64,000 nucleotides of DNA from a virus. The stretch's first letter is position 1, and every line of letters begins with the position of its first letter. Positions 1-9,350 of the stretch are shown here, one piece after another. The stretch is from positions 69,697 through 133,696 of the IMG/VR virus record IMGVR_UViG_3300037423_000411; one strand, written 5' to 3'. The notes under the pieces were generated by a model that made no database searches, was not told the origin of the DNA, and was given only the letters and a program-made list of their open reading frames with translations. The position numbers and the translations under genes were made by a program.

Positions 1-1515
1 TTGCACTTACAACTGCAACACCGAAGGCCTCGGCCGAGGCAATACCGATCGAAGCTCCTGTGAGCGTCTTGGTCACTACCGGGACGCCGACAGCTTCGCC
101 GGACGCGATGCCGACAGACGCAACACTCAGTGTTCCCGACATGACCGGAGTACCGAACGCCTCGGCACTCAGGATGGAGTCCGGAAGTCCCATGTTGCCT
201 AGTGCGACGTCCGTGAAGCCCATTGCTTCTGCAGACGGAATGCCAGTCGGCTGAGCTGTGATCAGGACAGTCGCGCCCGGCACACCGAACGCTTCAGCTG
301 AGCCGATGCCTACAGGCGTGACGGTCAGAACTCGCGAGACTACGGCTACACCGAAGGCCTCGCCCGAGACGATCCCCGTAGAGGAAGCCGTGAGCGTAGA
401 AGATCTGACCGGTACTCCGAAGGCCTCCTGACTCGTCACACCAACCGGCTGCGTCGTGAGCTGCAAAGCTACGGACTGAGCGCCGAACTGCTCAGCGGAA
501 GCAATCCCTGTGAGCTGTACCGCGATCGGCACAGTCGCAGACGGGACACCAAACGCTCCTGCCGAGACGATGCCGACAGGCTGTGCAACGAGAACACCGC
601 CAGTACTGGCCAGACCGAACTGCTCGGCCGAGACGATGCCTGCAGGTTGAGTCGCGATCGGAACAGTCGCAGCTGCAGCACCAAAGGCTTCAGCTGAGGC
701 AATCGCGACAGGCTGCAAGGTGAGTGCGCCTCCGGTACCGGAGATACCGAACTGCTCGCCTGAAGCCACTCCAACCGGAGACGCCGTCAGCACCGTCGTA
801 ACAGCAGGCGTACCGAAAGCACCGGCCGTCGCGATGCCGACAGGGGCACTCGTCAAGAGTTGAGAAACGACAGTCGTACCGAAGGTCTCTACGGTAGAAA
901 TGCCCGTCGCCGAAACCGTCAGAACCGTCATAACAGCGGCAGTTCCGAAGGATTCGGCCGTCGCAATACCGGTCGGTGAAGCCGTCAAGACTCGTGTAGC
1001 GACCGCCGTACCGAATGTCTCGGCTGTCGCAATGCCAGTAGGTGAAGCCGCGATCGGAACAATCGCACCCAGCGCGCCGAAGGCCTCGCCTGACACGATT
1101 CCGGTAGGTGCCGTCGCGAGTACAGGTGAAGCAACAGCCGTACCGAAGACTTCCGCTGACGTGATGCCTGTAGGCGAAGCCGTGAGCACCAACGTCGCGG
1201 CAGTAGCACCGAAAGCTTGGGCCGAAACAATGCCTGTCGGTTGCGTGGTGAGCGTCGAACCTTCGGTACTCGTACCGAACTGCTCGGCCGAGGCAATGCC
1301 TGTGAAGGTCACCGTCAGCACGTTGGACTGAACAGCAACACCAAAAGCTTCGGAAGACGTGATTCCCGTAGTAGAGACGTTGGTGACGAACGAGATTGCC
1401 GCCGTACCGAAAGCTTCTTGCGACGCTATCCCTGTCGGAGACGCCGTCAAAGTAGATGAGCTAGCGGCAGAGCCGAACGCTTCTGCTGAGGCGATGCCTG
1501 TGGGGCTAGCCGTCG
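1..1515 (-). repeat. About 25 degenerate 60-bp coding tandem repeats (xxPTGIASAEAFGxxxxxxx)
   Basis: ccgaa(g/c) (Phe-Gly antisense) recurs with ~60-nt period; translation gives TASPTGIASAEAFG / TASPTGIASQEAFG / TTQPTGIVSAQAFG etc. Confidence 0.85.
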
Positions 1516-2959
1516 TACCGCCACTACCTGCAGCAGCCTTGACCTCGAACGCGATGGCCGAGTAGTTGCCAACAGCATCACCAAGATCCGTGGTGCTGAT
1601 CGTGGTGGACTCGCTGCCGTCCCAGACCCGATAGAACACACCGGTCTGACAGTTGGGGGTGGTCTGATTGACCACTGCGGTGAACGTCTTTCCGCTGCCA
1701 GCCGTAGGAGTCGCAATACCGCCACCGCTATCCGCACCCTCGGTGAACACAACCACCACGAGGTTGCCGACAGTCGGAGTGCTGGTCAGCGTGATGCTGC
1801 CGGTTTCGGTGTCACCACCTGACTTCGTCGCGCCGTTGACCGTCGACTGGACGATCGGGCTGCTCGTGTCGTAACCCGTGACGTCGAAACAGACCGTCGC
1901 GTAGTAGCCGGTCTGCGTGCTGGAATACGAGTCGACCGTGACTGCGAACGCTGATGGTGACGAGCCGACAGACGCGTAGTAGACAGCGTTGCCGACCCGG
2001 AACGAGTCATCGTTGTTCCACGGATAAGCCGGTGCGATACCTGCGGTCGCTAGTGAGGTGTAAGTCAGCGAGCCGCCAGTAGGTGTCTGGTAGGCAGGCG
2101 CGGACGCTACCGCCGCGTTCTCCTGACCTTGACAGACGAAAAACAGGCTGTTCGCTGTCGGTGTCGCCGAACTCGTGGTCTGTGTCGCAGCTGCCGTGGT
2201 ACCAGAGTTGGCAGACTGGCGAGCTGTGACCGTGAAGCCCGGTGGTGTCGCCGGGATCAAATAGAGAATCGCACCAATGCCATGCGACGAAGTCTGGCTC
2301 GTAGCCGTGTAGCTATGACTCGCCTGTGTGACAGCACCGCCAGAGTCAGCAACTGCCAGACCCACAAACGGATTGGTCGTAGAGATCACAGCAGCACGAG
2401 TGATCATGCCGAACACGTTCCACGCGGAAGCCGCCGTCGTACCGCGTGAGCTGAAAAGAGCTACCGCAGTGCGGTTCGTGTTCGTCGGCGTCGCAGCACC
2501 AGTGACATACGACGTACCTGAGGTGTGAGCCAGCCACGTCAGACCTTCAGCCGGGGTCGTCTGATCCAACCCTGTCCAGCTCATCGCGACGAACTGCGGA
2601 ACACAGCTCACAGACCAGGTCACAGTGACCGAGGTTTCGCCTGCTTTCTGCTTCCACAGAACGATAGAACGGCTGCCTGATGACCCCGACGTTCCTTCGG
2701 AGAACTGCCCGAGAATCGTCCAGCCTGAAGGAGCTGTGAGATTCGATGTCTGAGCGTCGCTCAGCGTACCGAACACCCAGACAATCTCCCCGTCCGGGGC
2801 ACCTGAGATGTCTACGACAGCACTGGTCGAGCTGGCGTCAGTGGTGTTGCCGATGGTCGCTGGACCGACCCAGAACGAGTCATCCAACAACAGAGAGCTT
2901 GAACCGTCTTCCAGGAGTAGTCCGTCAGTACCGGTCTCCAGGAGGTAGCGCGAAGCCAC
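1..2959 (-). CDS. Large Ser/Thr-rich tail fibre/appendage protein with 20-aa tandem repeats; runs off the left window edge (>980 aa)
   Basis: Not in the ORF track because there is no stop in the window. GTG at 2959 gives MASRYLLETGTDGLLLEDGSSSLLLDD..., then beta-rich domains (APSGWT..., TPTVGNLVVVV). The same frame still reads GIASAEAFGVAVVSA at the window start. Follows two other structural-looking genes. Confidence 0.8.
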   Translation of the reverse strand, partial: MASRYLLETGTDGLLLEDGSSSLLLDDSFWVGPATIGNTTDASSTSAVVDISGAPDGEIVWVFGTLSDAQTSNLTAPSGWTILGQFSEGTSGSSGSRSIVLWKQKAGETSVTVTWSVSCVPQFVAMSWTGLDQTTPAEGLTWLAHTSGTSYVTGAATPTNTNRTAVALFSSRGTTAASAWNVFGMITRAAVISTTNPFVGLAVADSGGAVTQASHSYTATSQTSSHGIGAILYLIPATPPGFTVTARQSANSGTTAAATQTTSSATPTANSLFFVCQGQENAAVASAPAYQTPTGGSLTYTSLATAGIAPAYPWNNDDSFRVGNAVYYASVGSSPSAFAVTVDSYSSTQTGYYATVCFDVTGYDTSSPIVQSTVNGATKSGGDTETGSITLTSTPTVGNLVVVVFTEGADSGGGIATPTAGSGKTFTAVVNQTTPNCQTGVFYRVWDGSESTTISTTDLGDAVGNYSAIAFEVKAAAGSGGTTASPTGIASAEAFGSAASSSTLTASPTGIASQEAFGTAAISFVTNVSTTGITSSEAFGVAVQSNVLTVTFTGIASAEQFGTSTEGSTLTTQPTGIVSAQAFGATAATLVLTASPTGITSAEVFGTAVASPVLATAPTGIVSGEAFGALGAIVPIAASPTGIATAETFGTAVATRVLTASPTGIATAESFGTAAVMTVLTVSATGISTVETFGTTVVSQLLTSAPVGIATAGAFGTPAVTTVLTASPVGVASGEQFGISGTGGALTLQPVAIASAEAFGAAAATVPIATQPAGIVSAEQFGLASTGGVLVAQPVGIVSAGAFGVPSATVPIAVQLTGIASAEQFGAQSVALQLTTQPVGVTSQEAFGVPVRSSTLTASSTGIVSGEAFGVAVVSRVLTVTPVGIGSAEAFGVPGATVLITAQPTGIPSAEAMGFTDVALGNMGLPDSILSAEAFGTPVMSGTLSVASVGIASGEAVGVPVVTKTLTGASIGIASAEAFGVAVVSA

Positions 2960-2962
2960 GAC

Positions 2963-3622
2963 TCACACCAGGTTGAACAGTTCGGACTGCACCAGGTTGA
3001 CAGTCCACGCCGCAGACGTGCCTCCGTTGACCGAGAGTCCGATGATGCTTCCTGCCACAGTGGAGTCGAAACCAGAAGAAGTGACAGCAACCGTAGGTGA
3101 GGTGTTAACCGAAAGACCCACCGTACCCCAAGGCGTGGTGGTCTGGCCGCTGTGCACCAACGTGGCCAGTCCCTGAAGAACCGCAGCCGTACCCGAGCCG
3201 ACAGATCGGAAGGTCGCGAACACCTCGAACAGACCGTTGTCAGCTACCGCTGTCTGAGCAGGAAATGTGAATGCGCAACGAGAAGTGTCCGCCGTGGTTC
3301 CCGCCGTGCCGATGCGGAGAGTCAAGATCGGAGTGGCTGATCCTGCGGCAGTCTTGCTGACATTGAACTTGCAGCGGTACATCGACCCTGTGATCAGTGA
3401 ACCAGCAGCAATGGCAATAGACGAGCCCGTCAGGTACGTATCCGAAGCAAAACCGGCGCCCTGGTTCGCTGTCGACGCATTGAACTTGCCGCCAGCGCCA
3501 GGGTACGCGGCAATCTGTGCCATCGTCAGTTTCTTCGATACACCGCTCTCGTTGACCGCGAACTCATGCGTCGAAGCTGCGGCAGTCGCGGCAGTAAGAG
3601 CCGAGATCTTGGTGTCTGCCAC
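2963..3622 (-). CDS. Virion structural/fibre-associated protein
   Basis: N-terminus MADTKISALTAATAA... is typical of phage fibre/minor structural proteins; rich in Ala/Thr/Gly; SD GAAGGG upstream. Confidence 0.6.
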   Translation of the reverse strand: MADTKISALTAATAAASTHEFAVNESGVSKKLTMAQIAAYPGAGGKFNASTANQGAGFASDTYLTGSSIAIAAGSLITGSMYRCKFNVSKTAAGSATPILTLRIGTAGTTADTSRCAFTFPAQTAVADNGLFEVFATFRSVGSGTAAVLQGLATLVHSGQTTTPWGTVGLSVNTSPTVAVTSSGFDSTVAGSIIGLSVNGGTSAAWTVNLVQSELFNLV

Positions 3623-3637
3623 ACTCGGCCCTTCCTG

Positions 3638-4072
3638 CTAGAGCTTCCAGATCTTGTTCGTTCCGTTGTCCCAAGCAACAGTCACGTCGCCGCCGTTCGG
3701 CGTGAACGGAATGTTGGTGCCGGTGTCGATCCAGGCAATGACGCGCTGCGAGGTCGCCGCCACGTCAGAGCCACCAGTAACCGCTGACGACTGGTAGATG
3801 AGCAACGAACAGGCAGCAGCACCGGTCGCAGTCAGCGCCGTGAAGGTGATATCAGCCGCGTCAGCAACACCACTGGTCACCGTCTTGCTGGCCAGCGCAA
3901 CCGCCGCACCACCGTGTAGCACGCCACCGGCCGTGGTCACGTCGGAGACAAACTTGTGCGCGGCACTGAAGGTATAACCACGCACCGGGCTGACCTTGAT
4001 CACCGCAGTGTCGTAGTCGATCGAACCGTCGAGAAAGCCCTCGCGTCCGGGGTCAAACAGCGCGTTCGCCAT
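3638..4072 (-). CDS. Minor virion structural protein
   Basis: MANALFDPGREGFLDGSIDYD...PNGGDVTVAW resembles a recurrent actinophage structural family; TAATG overlap with the upstream gene. Confidence 0.6.
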   Translation of the reverse strand: MANALFDPGREGFLDGSIDYDTAVIKVSPVRGYTFSAAHKFVSDVTTAGGVLHGGAAVALASKTVTSGVADAADITFTALTATGAAACSLLIYQSSAVTGGSDVAATSQRVIAWIDTGTNIPFTPNGGDVTVAWDNGTNKIWKL

Positions 4073-4314
4073 TACTCAACGCTCCCTACGGTCTGGTCTT
4101 CGTCCGAGGGAACCTTGTTCGCCAGGCGCTCGTCCTCAGCGGCAGCAAGCCGCTTCTGGTGCTCAGCGCTGAACGCACGGCATCGGTCCTTGGCCGCTTC
4201 TGCCAGCTCCGCTGCTTTGGTCCACTCGTCCATCAGATCGTCGTCGCTGAGCGACGTCACATCCACCTCGATGTCGAGATGAGCCTTCAGGTTGTCGCTG
4301 ATGCCCTCAGCCAT
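4072..4314 (-). CDS. Hypothetical acidic helical protein
   Basis: GAGGAGG SD before ATG 4314 (MAEGISD); coupled to the downstream gene. Confidence 0.65.
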   Translation of the reverse strand: MAEGISDNLKAHLDIEVDVTSLSDDDLMDEWTKAAELAEAAKDRCRAFSAEHQKRLAAAEDERLANKVPSDEDQTVGSVE

Positions 4315-4549
4315 TCCGATCCTCCTCGTGCTCATCGGAGAGATCGGCAGATACCTAGAACTGGTCTACCTAGACATGGTGAGCCCCCGAGAGGCAGCGG
4401 ATTGCTGGGAAGCATTCGGCCTTCGGGGGCTCACTTACGAGTTTAGCTGAACGTAACCTCACTGGGTTTCGAAGGTGCGTGGGTTCAGCCGACTCGTTCT
4501 CGACACAGACGACATTGGATGAGAGATGCACCACCCAGCGTCTTCGTGA

Positions 4550-5044
4550 TCACCCAAGCTTCTCTCGGGTGAGTGCACGGAGCTTCCTCATCCTGTCCCT
4601 GTTGCAGGTCCGACACGATCTTCCTCCTGAAGCTCTCCACAGTGTGTTCTCATCCGTGAACTCATGCCCGTTTACACACTGCGTCTTGGCGAGATTCTTC
4701 GACGTCGGGTTACTAGATCGGAGAGTGTTCTCCCAAGGAGTCGTCGCTCTCAGGTGTTCAGGGTTCACACATCTTGTACCTAGGCAACCATCGTTAGGCC
4801 ACTTGAAGTGGTCCAGTTGCAGTCCCTGCGGTACAGGACCGTTTACCTGTTCCCACGCGAACACGTGAGCGCGGACTTGCTTCTTGCCGTCCCAGAAGTT
4901 GCCGTACCTACCATCAGCCAGAGCACCCATCCAACGGTGACAAGATCCCTCGATCACGATCTTGGTCTGGAATCTGAGCTCAGGAGACACGCCTCTGAGA
5001 CTTCCGTGAGGGATCTTGTCACCTCGAATACAGCGCAAGCACAT
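4550..5044 (-). CDS. HNH homing endonuclease
   Basis: CHRW.G..YG...RAHVFAW, LDH...C...CVNPEHL...ENTLR, C-terminal CVNGH...CRTC. Confidence 0.85.
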   Translation of the reverse strand: MCLRCIRGDKIPHGSLRGVSPELRFQTKIVIEGSCHRWMGALADGRYGNFWDGKKQVRAHVFAWEQVNGPVPQGLQLDHFKWPNDGCLGTRCVNPEHLRATTPWENTLRSSNPTSKNLAKTQCVNGHEFTDENTLWRASGGRSCRTCNRDRMRKLRALTREKLG

Positions 5045-5053
5045 GCGCCGAAC

Positions 5054-5239
5054 TTAACCGAACATGCTGTACTCAGCAATAATGCGCCGGTCTATCTTGA
5101 CCTTGAACTGGGTGCTGCAGTTGTTGCATGTGACATCTACCCAGCCTTCTTCATCGATGTCCATGTTCGAACAACACGTCGGGCAATAGACGATCGCCCC
5201 TGCGAACAGCTCTTCGTCCTCATCCTCGACGTTAGCCAC
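5054..5239 (-). CDS. Small zinc-ribbon protein
   Basis: CPTC and CNNC pairs; AAGGAGG SD. Confidence 0.65.
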   Translation of the reverse strand: MANVEDEDEELFAGAIVYCPTCCSNMDIDEEGWVDVTCNNCSTQFKVKIDRRIIAEYSMFG

Positions 5240-6161
5240 GGCGTACCTCCTTCGCGTGCATCAGGCCTTCGACGGCGGCCTTGATCTTGAGTTCCGACCG
5301 GCCCTTGGTGCCGAGTACCCGAAGCGCCCTGTCAAGCACTCTCGGGTCAAAGCGCCTGAGACCTTCCAGCTCCTTGTCAGTGAAGAGCCGACAGTTCGAC
5401 GTACGGGCCTCACTCAGTGCCGTGACCAGTAGCTGTGCCGTCAACTCTGCTCTGCGGTGCTCGCCCTGACGTGCGCGTGCCTGCGTCCACTCGTTGTCGT
5501 TCACCGGCCGAAGCGCCTTGGCGACGTTGCTCAGGAGAAGCCTGTCGTTCTCCGTAGCTGCCCGCATGAGCTGCAGAACTGCTCCTGAGTACTGGAGGGC
5601 CTCTTCTACCTCGAAGGCTCTCCCAGGACGCCCTGTAGCCCAGCGAGACGCCCTCACGGCTCTCTCGACAGGAACACCACGCTCCACGAGGAGATGCACC
5701 ACCTCCTGGTCCTGCAGAGGCCTCGCATTGAATCTGACTGCACGAGACGCCACGGTCGGCAGCACCGGCTTGCTCGCGTAGAGCAGGAAGTGAGTTCGAT
5801 CTGGCGGTTCCTCCAACAACTTGAGGAGGATGTTCAGCGCGTCGTTCGTCGCCTTGCCCGCATCGAACACGATCGCACGCTGACCACGAGGCTTGATCTG
5901 GCATCTTGTGACGATGTGTCGAGCCACTGAAGACGTCATGCTCTGGCACTCTCGCGAGTGCGTGTGTAGTTGGTCGTTCAGCTGCTTGGTGCAGATCGTC
6001 TCACCGACGATGATCCGCTCTGCGGGCTTCGCTATCTGATACGCCACCTCACGAGCTATCAACGACTTCCCGATACCGGCCGCGCCCTCGATCAGAACGA
6101 CAGCCGGTAGCTCATCAGTGAGGAGATGCTTGCGTAGTTCGTTGTGCCCTACGAGGTTCAC
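5232..6161 (-). CDS. holB: DNA polymerase III delta-prime-like clamp loader subunit
   Basis: Walker A EGAAGIGKS, NILLKLLEEPP, FLL, LPTVASR motifs of the clamp-loader AAA+ clade. Confidence 0.8.
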   Translation of the reverse strand: MNLVGHNELRKHLLTDELPAVVLIEGAAGIGKSLIAREVAYQIAKPAERIIVGETICTKQLNDQLHTHSRECQSMTSSVARHIVTRCQIKPRGQRAIVFDAGKATNDALNILLKLLEEPPDRTHFLLYASKPVLPTVASRAVRFNARPLQDQEVVHLLVERGVPVERAVRASRWATGRPGRAFEVEEALQYSGAVLQLMRAATENDRLLLSNVAKALRPVNDNEWTQARARQGEHRRAELTAQLLVTALSEARTSNCRLFTDKELEGLRRFDPRVLDRALRVLGTKGRSELKIKAAVEGLMHAKEVRRG

Positions 6162-6352
6162 TCAGTGCTCGCCTCGGCTCGATCGATGATCAGTTCCAGC
6201 TGCCCGTTCAGCCCCTCGACGGCAGTCACATGCATGATGTCCAGAACACCGTGTTCGTCTTCGACCAGGATCGGAGTGTCCCCGTACTCGGGATAGACCC
6301 TGAGCGTCTGCTTGATGCGTTCAAGAAGCTGGTTCGGTGTCACCGGGCTCAC
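6158..6352 (-). CDS. Hypothetical protein
   Basis: Start trimmed to the GTG of the GTGA overlap (VSPVTPNQLLERIK...); 4-nt overlaps at both ends. Confidence 0.6.
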   Translation of the reverse strand: MSPVTPNQLLERIKQTLRVYPEYGDTPILVEDEHGVLDIMHVTAVEGLNGQLELIIDRAEASTE

Positions 6353-6666
6353 GAGTGCATCACCCGCCGCACGACCTTCGGCCGTCGCTGGTTGCAGAGA
6401 GGCTCCCAGTCGTACTGATCTGCCGTCTCGCTGAGGTCCTTGGCAGTCACCGTGCACGCTGCGTACTTCGCCTGCTCAAGCGTGCACGCCACACCGATGG
6501 CCCTGCCTTCGTCGTCCACGTTCCTGCAGAACGAGAGCTGACTGCTCACGCGCAGGGGTTCCTGCATGTCGTACGAGGCTTCGTCGTACGCCTCTTCCCA
6601 GATCTCGGCCGCGTGATCGTGGAAGTCCTCCACCCTCACAACGACCGTTGCTGATCGCTCTTTCAT
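6349..6666 (-). CDS. Hypothetical protein
   Basis: ATGA/GTGA overlaps with neighbours. Confidence 0.65.
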   Translation of the reverse strand: MKERSATVVVRVEDFHDHAAEIWEEAYDEASYDMQEPLRVSSQLSFCRNVDDEGRAIGVACTLEQAKYAACTVTAKDLSETADQYDWEPLCNQRRPKVVRRVMHS

Positions 6667-6917
6667 CGCCGTTTCCTCACCCTCTGCCTCCGGGATGCTG
6701 CACGTCCTACGCGCAACGCGTTCTTCAGTTGTTTATTGAATCGACGCCAGTCCCTGCCGACATGCCAGTGGTCGCCACAGGGATAAGGCATCAGCCACGG
6801 ACTCATCATCTGCTCGCCGTAGGTCTTCTTCAGCGAGTACCAGTGGTCGTACGCCTCGGCCTTCGTCACGTGGTAGTGCTTGTTCGGGAACTTCTTGCAA
6901 ACCGGGCCTTCTGTCAT
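6663..6917 (-). CDS. Hypothetical basic protein with Cys/His motif
   Basis: ATGA overlap start (MTEGPVC); YPCGDHWHVG motif. Confidence 0.65.
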   Translation of the reverse strand: MTEGPVCKKFPNKHYHVTKAEAYDHWYSLKKTYGEQMMSPWLMPYPCGDHWHVGRDWRRFNKQLKNALRVGRAASRRQRVRKRR

Positions 6918-7642
6918 AAGCCGACCGCCCGAAGCTCTTGCCGTACCCCTTTCAGCACCTCGATGCCGACACGGGACGACCAACCGCACATCCTTGCCAA
7001 CGAAGCGCCTGTGACCGCCTCTCCTGCCTCTGCAAGCCGCATGACAGCCTGCATACCTTCATGATGCCGCTGAGCGTCCCTAGCGGCAGCCTGAGCCTGC
7101 CTCCGCTGCTTCCAGACGGTCTCCGTCGCTGAAGCCTCCGCAACCTCAGCGGTGTGCCGTGCCCGAACTTCGGCCGTCGTCATCACCGACACCAGTACAA
7201 GCCGGGACTCGATCGCCTTCTCCATCTCGGCCGGTTGCCAGCGGTCCTGGTGAGCTTCTCCCCAGGTCATCCCCGAGTCCTCTTCACCACCGACCACCGC
7301 GTCCAGCTTCGCGAACTCAGGCTCACGTTTGGCGAGGTTGCGCTGCTTGTCGAGATACTGCAGGCAGTACCGCTGAGTGAAAGACCGGAGCAGGTTGCTG
7401 AATCTGGCAGCACGCCAGCGGCCTCCCTCGGTGCGCGGATTCTCGCCCGCGTCGAAGACACGATCGGCATCGAACCAGGTCAGCGCGTCCTTCTCCATGA
7501 ACTTCAGCAGGATCTCGTGAGCCACGTCCTCGACGTCCTCGCGCACGATGCCCATCTTCGCCACGATGGACTTCATCATCCCGAAGTAATGCGTGTACAA
7601 GTCGGCGTAATCCCTCGGCGCACCTGTACGGGAAATGATCAT
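6914..7642 (-). CDS. Divergent sigma-70-family (ECF-like) sigma factor
   Basis: Region-2-like LYTHYFGMMKSIV...EDVEDVAHEILLK...FSNLLRSFTQRYCLQYL; C-terminal HTH-like TGASLARMCGWS; AGGAGG SD before ATG 7642. Confidence 0.6.
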   Translation of the reverse strand: MIISRTGAPRDYADLYTHYFGMMKSIVAKMGIVREDVEDVAHEILLKFMEKDALTWFDADRVFDAGENPRTEGGRWRAARFSNLLRSFTQRYCLQYLDKQRNLAKREPEFAKLDAVVGGEEDSGMTWGEAHQDRWQPAEMEKAIESRLVLVSVMTTAEVRARHTAEVAEASATETVWKQRRQAQAAARDAQRHHEGMQAVMRLAEAGEAVTGASLARMCGWSSRVGIEVLKGVRQELRAVGL

Positions 7643-7740
7643 CGACCGCCTCCTGGTGAGAGTTCCTGACACTGCGAACGAGGACTTAGACGCCTCCGTG
7701 AACACCTCGCAGTGTCAGGCGTAAACTGTTGCTTGCGGCA

Positions 7741-8163
7741 TCATTGCACCAAACGATTGAAACGCCAAGCTCCGACTCGTTTTCCCAAGTCCGTAAAGGA
7801 TTCAGGATCTGCTTGGTCTCGTTTCATACCCCACGTCAGTCCGTCATCAGGAGTCGTCACCGGCCTCGACGTCGACCGGTGTGTGGTCGGTTCCGACCAC
7901 CTCTCGGCCTCCATCGACAGCTTGCGATCGTTGATCTCTCGATGTGCCTCGGCGCGCTCCGAGCGCGCCTGCACACGGACCATCTTGTCCTGCAGCTTCC
8001 CGTCCTCGCGCAGCCAGCGCTGGTACTCCTCGCGCGGACTCAGAGCACGATCGGGATCTGCCTTGTAGAGCGCCTTGTATTCAGGACATTCGAGGACGTG
8101 TGCGTTGATCTTCTTGCACGAGACGTCCGTTTCCCCGCAGCCTGCACAGCGTCCTTGCGGCAT
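7741..8163 (-). CDS. Hypothetical protein with N-terminal Zn-binding motif
   Basis: CAGC...H...C; TGATG coupling. Confidence 0.65.
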   Translation of the reverse strand: MPQGRCAGCGETDVSCKKINAHVLECPEYKALYKADPDRALSPREEYQRWLREDGKLQDKMVRVQARSERAEAHREINDRKLSMEAERWSEPTTHRSTSRPVTTPDDGLTWGMKRDQADPESFTDLGKRVGAWRFNRLVQ

Positions 8164-8252
8164 CAGCCGTAGTACGCCTTCAGGTGCTTACCGAGCTGGT
8201 ACAACCCCACCCCCGCGATGAGAGCTGCCAGAACGATCCCCAGTCTCTTCAC
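8163..8252 (-). CDS. 29-aa membrane peptide (MKRLGIVLAALIAGVGLYQLGKHLKAYYG)
   Basis: Below the ORF-track cutoff; GTGA overlap at the start and TGATG overlap at the end. Confidence 0.55.
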   Translation of the reverse strand: MKRLGIVLAALIAGVGLYQLGKHLKAYYG

Positions 8253-8416
8253 TTTTTGCCTTTCTTGACGATGCTGTTGACCTCGGCCCGCTCAGCAGCT
8301 CGCCTCACCACGCCGTCCAGTCTCGATCTGACTGTCGTGCTGTCCTTCTTCTTCGGCGTGACGAACTTGCTGAGCGGGTTCTTCGGCTTCTTGTGTTCAG
8401 GTTCAGGCCGTGACAG
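8249..8416 (-). CDS. 55-aa basic protein, possible CTG start
   Basis: Open frame SRPEPEHKKPKNPLSKFVTPKK...KKGKK fills the gap after the lysin; GGAGG 6 nt before CTG; no ATG/GTG/TTG near the 5' end. Confidence 0.45.
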   Translation of the reverse strand: MSRPEPEHKKPKNPLSKFVTPKKKDSTTVRSRLDGVVRRAAERAEVNSIVKKGKK

Positions 8417-9350
8417 CGTCCGCCTCCGGAGCCGTCGCGTTCGGCACCCTCAGCTCCTCGATCAGGCTCTTCACCGCGTCCAGCTGAGTCTTGAGAGCTT
8501 CGTCGCTGATGTCATCGGCCGCGATGATCTTGTCCCGCGTCGTGTCGATGTACTTGACCAGCGCGTCGGCCGTGTTCGCCAGCATCTGGTCGTTGTGGTT
8601 CTGGATCTGGATGCAGCAGGCCTTCGTGTAGTTGAGGATGTCCTCACGTGCCGCCATGTCGATTTCCTCCGGTTGCGTCGTAGGTGGCTTGCTCGGTGGC
8701 TTCGGCGTCGTGATCACCGAGCTGTACTTCTGGATCTCGGTCACACCCTTGGCCTGCGTGTAGTGCAGCCGATCGACCTTGCGCCCCGGCGCCCAGGTCA
8801 GGTGCTCCAGGTGCGCGCCTCGCGGCAGGCCAAAGTAGTCCTGCACGGCAGCCCCGACACGTCCCATGAACTCCCTGAACGTCATCTGCTTGCCGGTGCG
8901 CGGGTTCTTCAGGACCCGGTCCCAGTCGGACTCGACGTCCCCGCCCTCGAACTCGGTGCCCCAGGCGTACTTACGGGCCGAGTCCTGCGGAATGCGGTAC
9001 GACCCACCTCCGGTCTTCGGCACCGAGATCGGCCCGCCCTCACCGGGGTGGTTCGCCAGCCCGAACGTGATGATCCGGTAGCACAGGTCCCAGCCGCCGT
9101 AACCGTTGCACAGCGGGCCAGGCAGGTCACTACGGCCCTTCTTGCACAAGCTCAGCACCGGCGTCAGGCTGCTCGGGCTGTACCTGCTGTCGACGTGATG
9201 ATCGAAGTTCGTCACGACCTGCAGACTGTCCCAGCGGTCACCGGAGACCGGGCGGCCTTCCAGCAGTTCGATCGAGACTTCAGGCACCCCGTGCTGCTGC
9301 AGAACCGTCTTGAAGGCCTGTGCCTTCTGCAGTGCGGTTGCTTGACTCAC
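8403..9350 (-). CDS. Endolysin, N-acetylmuramoyl-L-alanine amidase
   Basis: DHH, GRSDLPGPLCN, ANHPGEG, GTEFE, H.TWAPGRKVD Zn-amidase motifs; Pro/Thr linker; GAGGAGG SD before GTG 9350. Confidence 0.85.
   Translation of the reverse strand: MSQATALQKAQAFKTVLQQHGVPEVSIELLEGRPVSGDRWDSLQVVTNFDHHVDSRYSPSSLTPVLSLCKKGRSDLPGPLCNGYGGWDLCYRIITFGLANHPGEGGPISVPKTGGGSYRIPQDSARKYAWGTEFEGGDVESDWDRVLKNPRTGKQMTFREFMGRVGAAVQDYFGLPRGAHLEHLTWAPGRKVDRLHYTQAKGVTEIQKYSSVITTPKPPSKPPTTQPEEIDMAAREDILNYTKACCIQIQNHNDQMLANTADALVKYIDTTRDKIIAADDISDEALKTQLDAVKSLIEELRVPNATAPEADAVTA

Noticed and set aside
1-1515. 60-bp periodic repeat as a CRISPR array
   Set aside because: Repeats are degenerate at synonymous positions and translate in one open frame; no identical direct repeats and no cas genes
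7711-7726. AGTGTC-AGGC-GTAAAC as another operator copy
   Set aside because: Weak match that is better explained as one arm of the 7665-7719 inverted repeat
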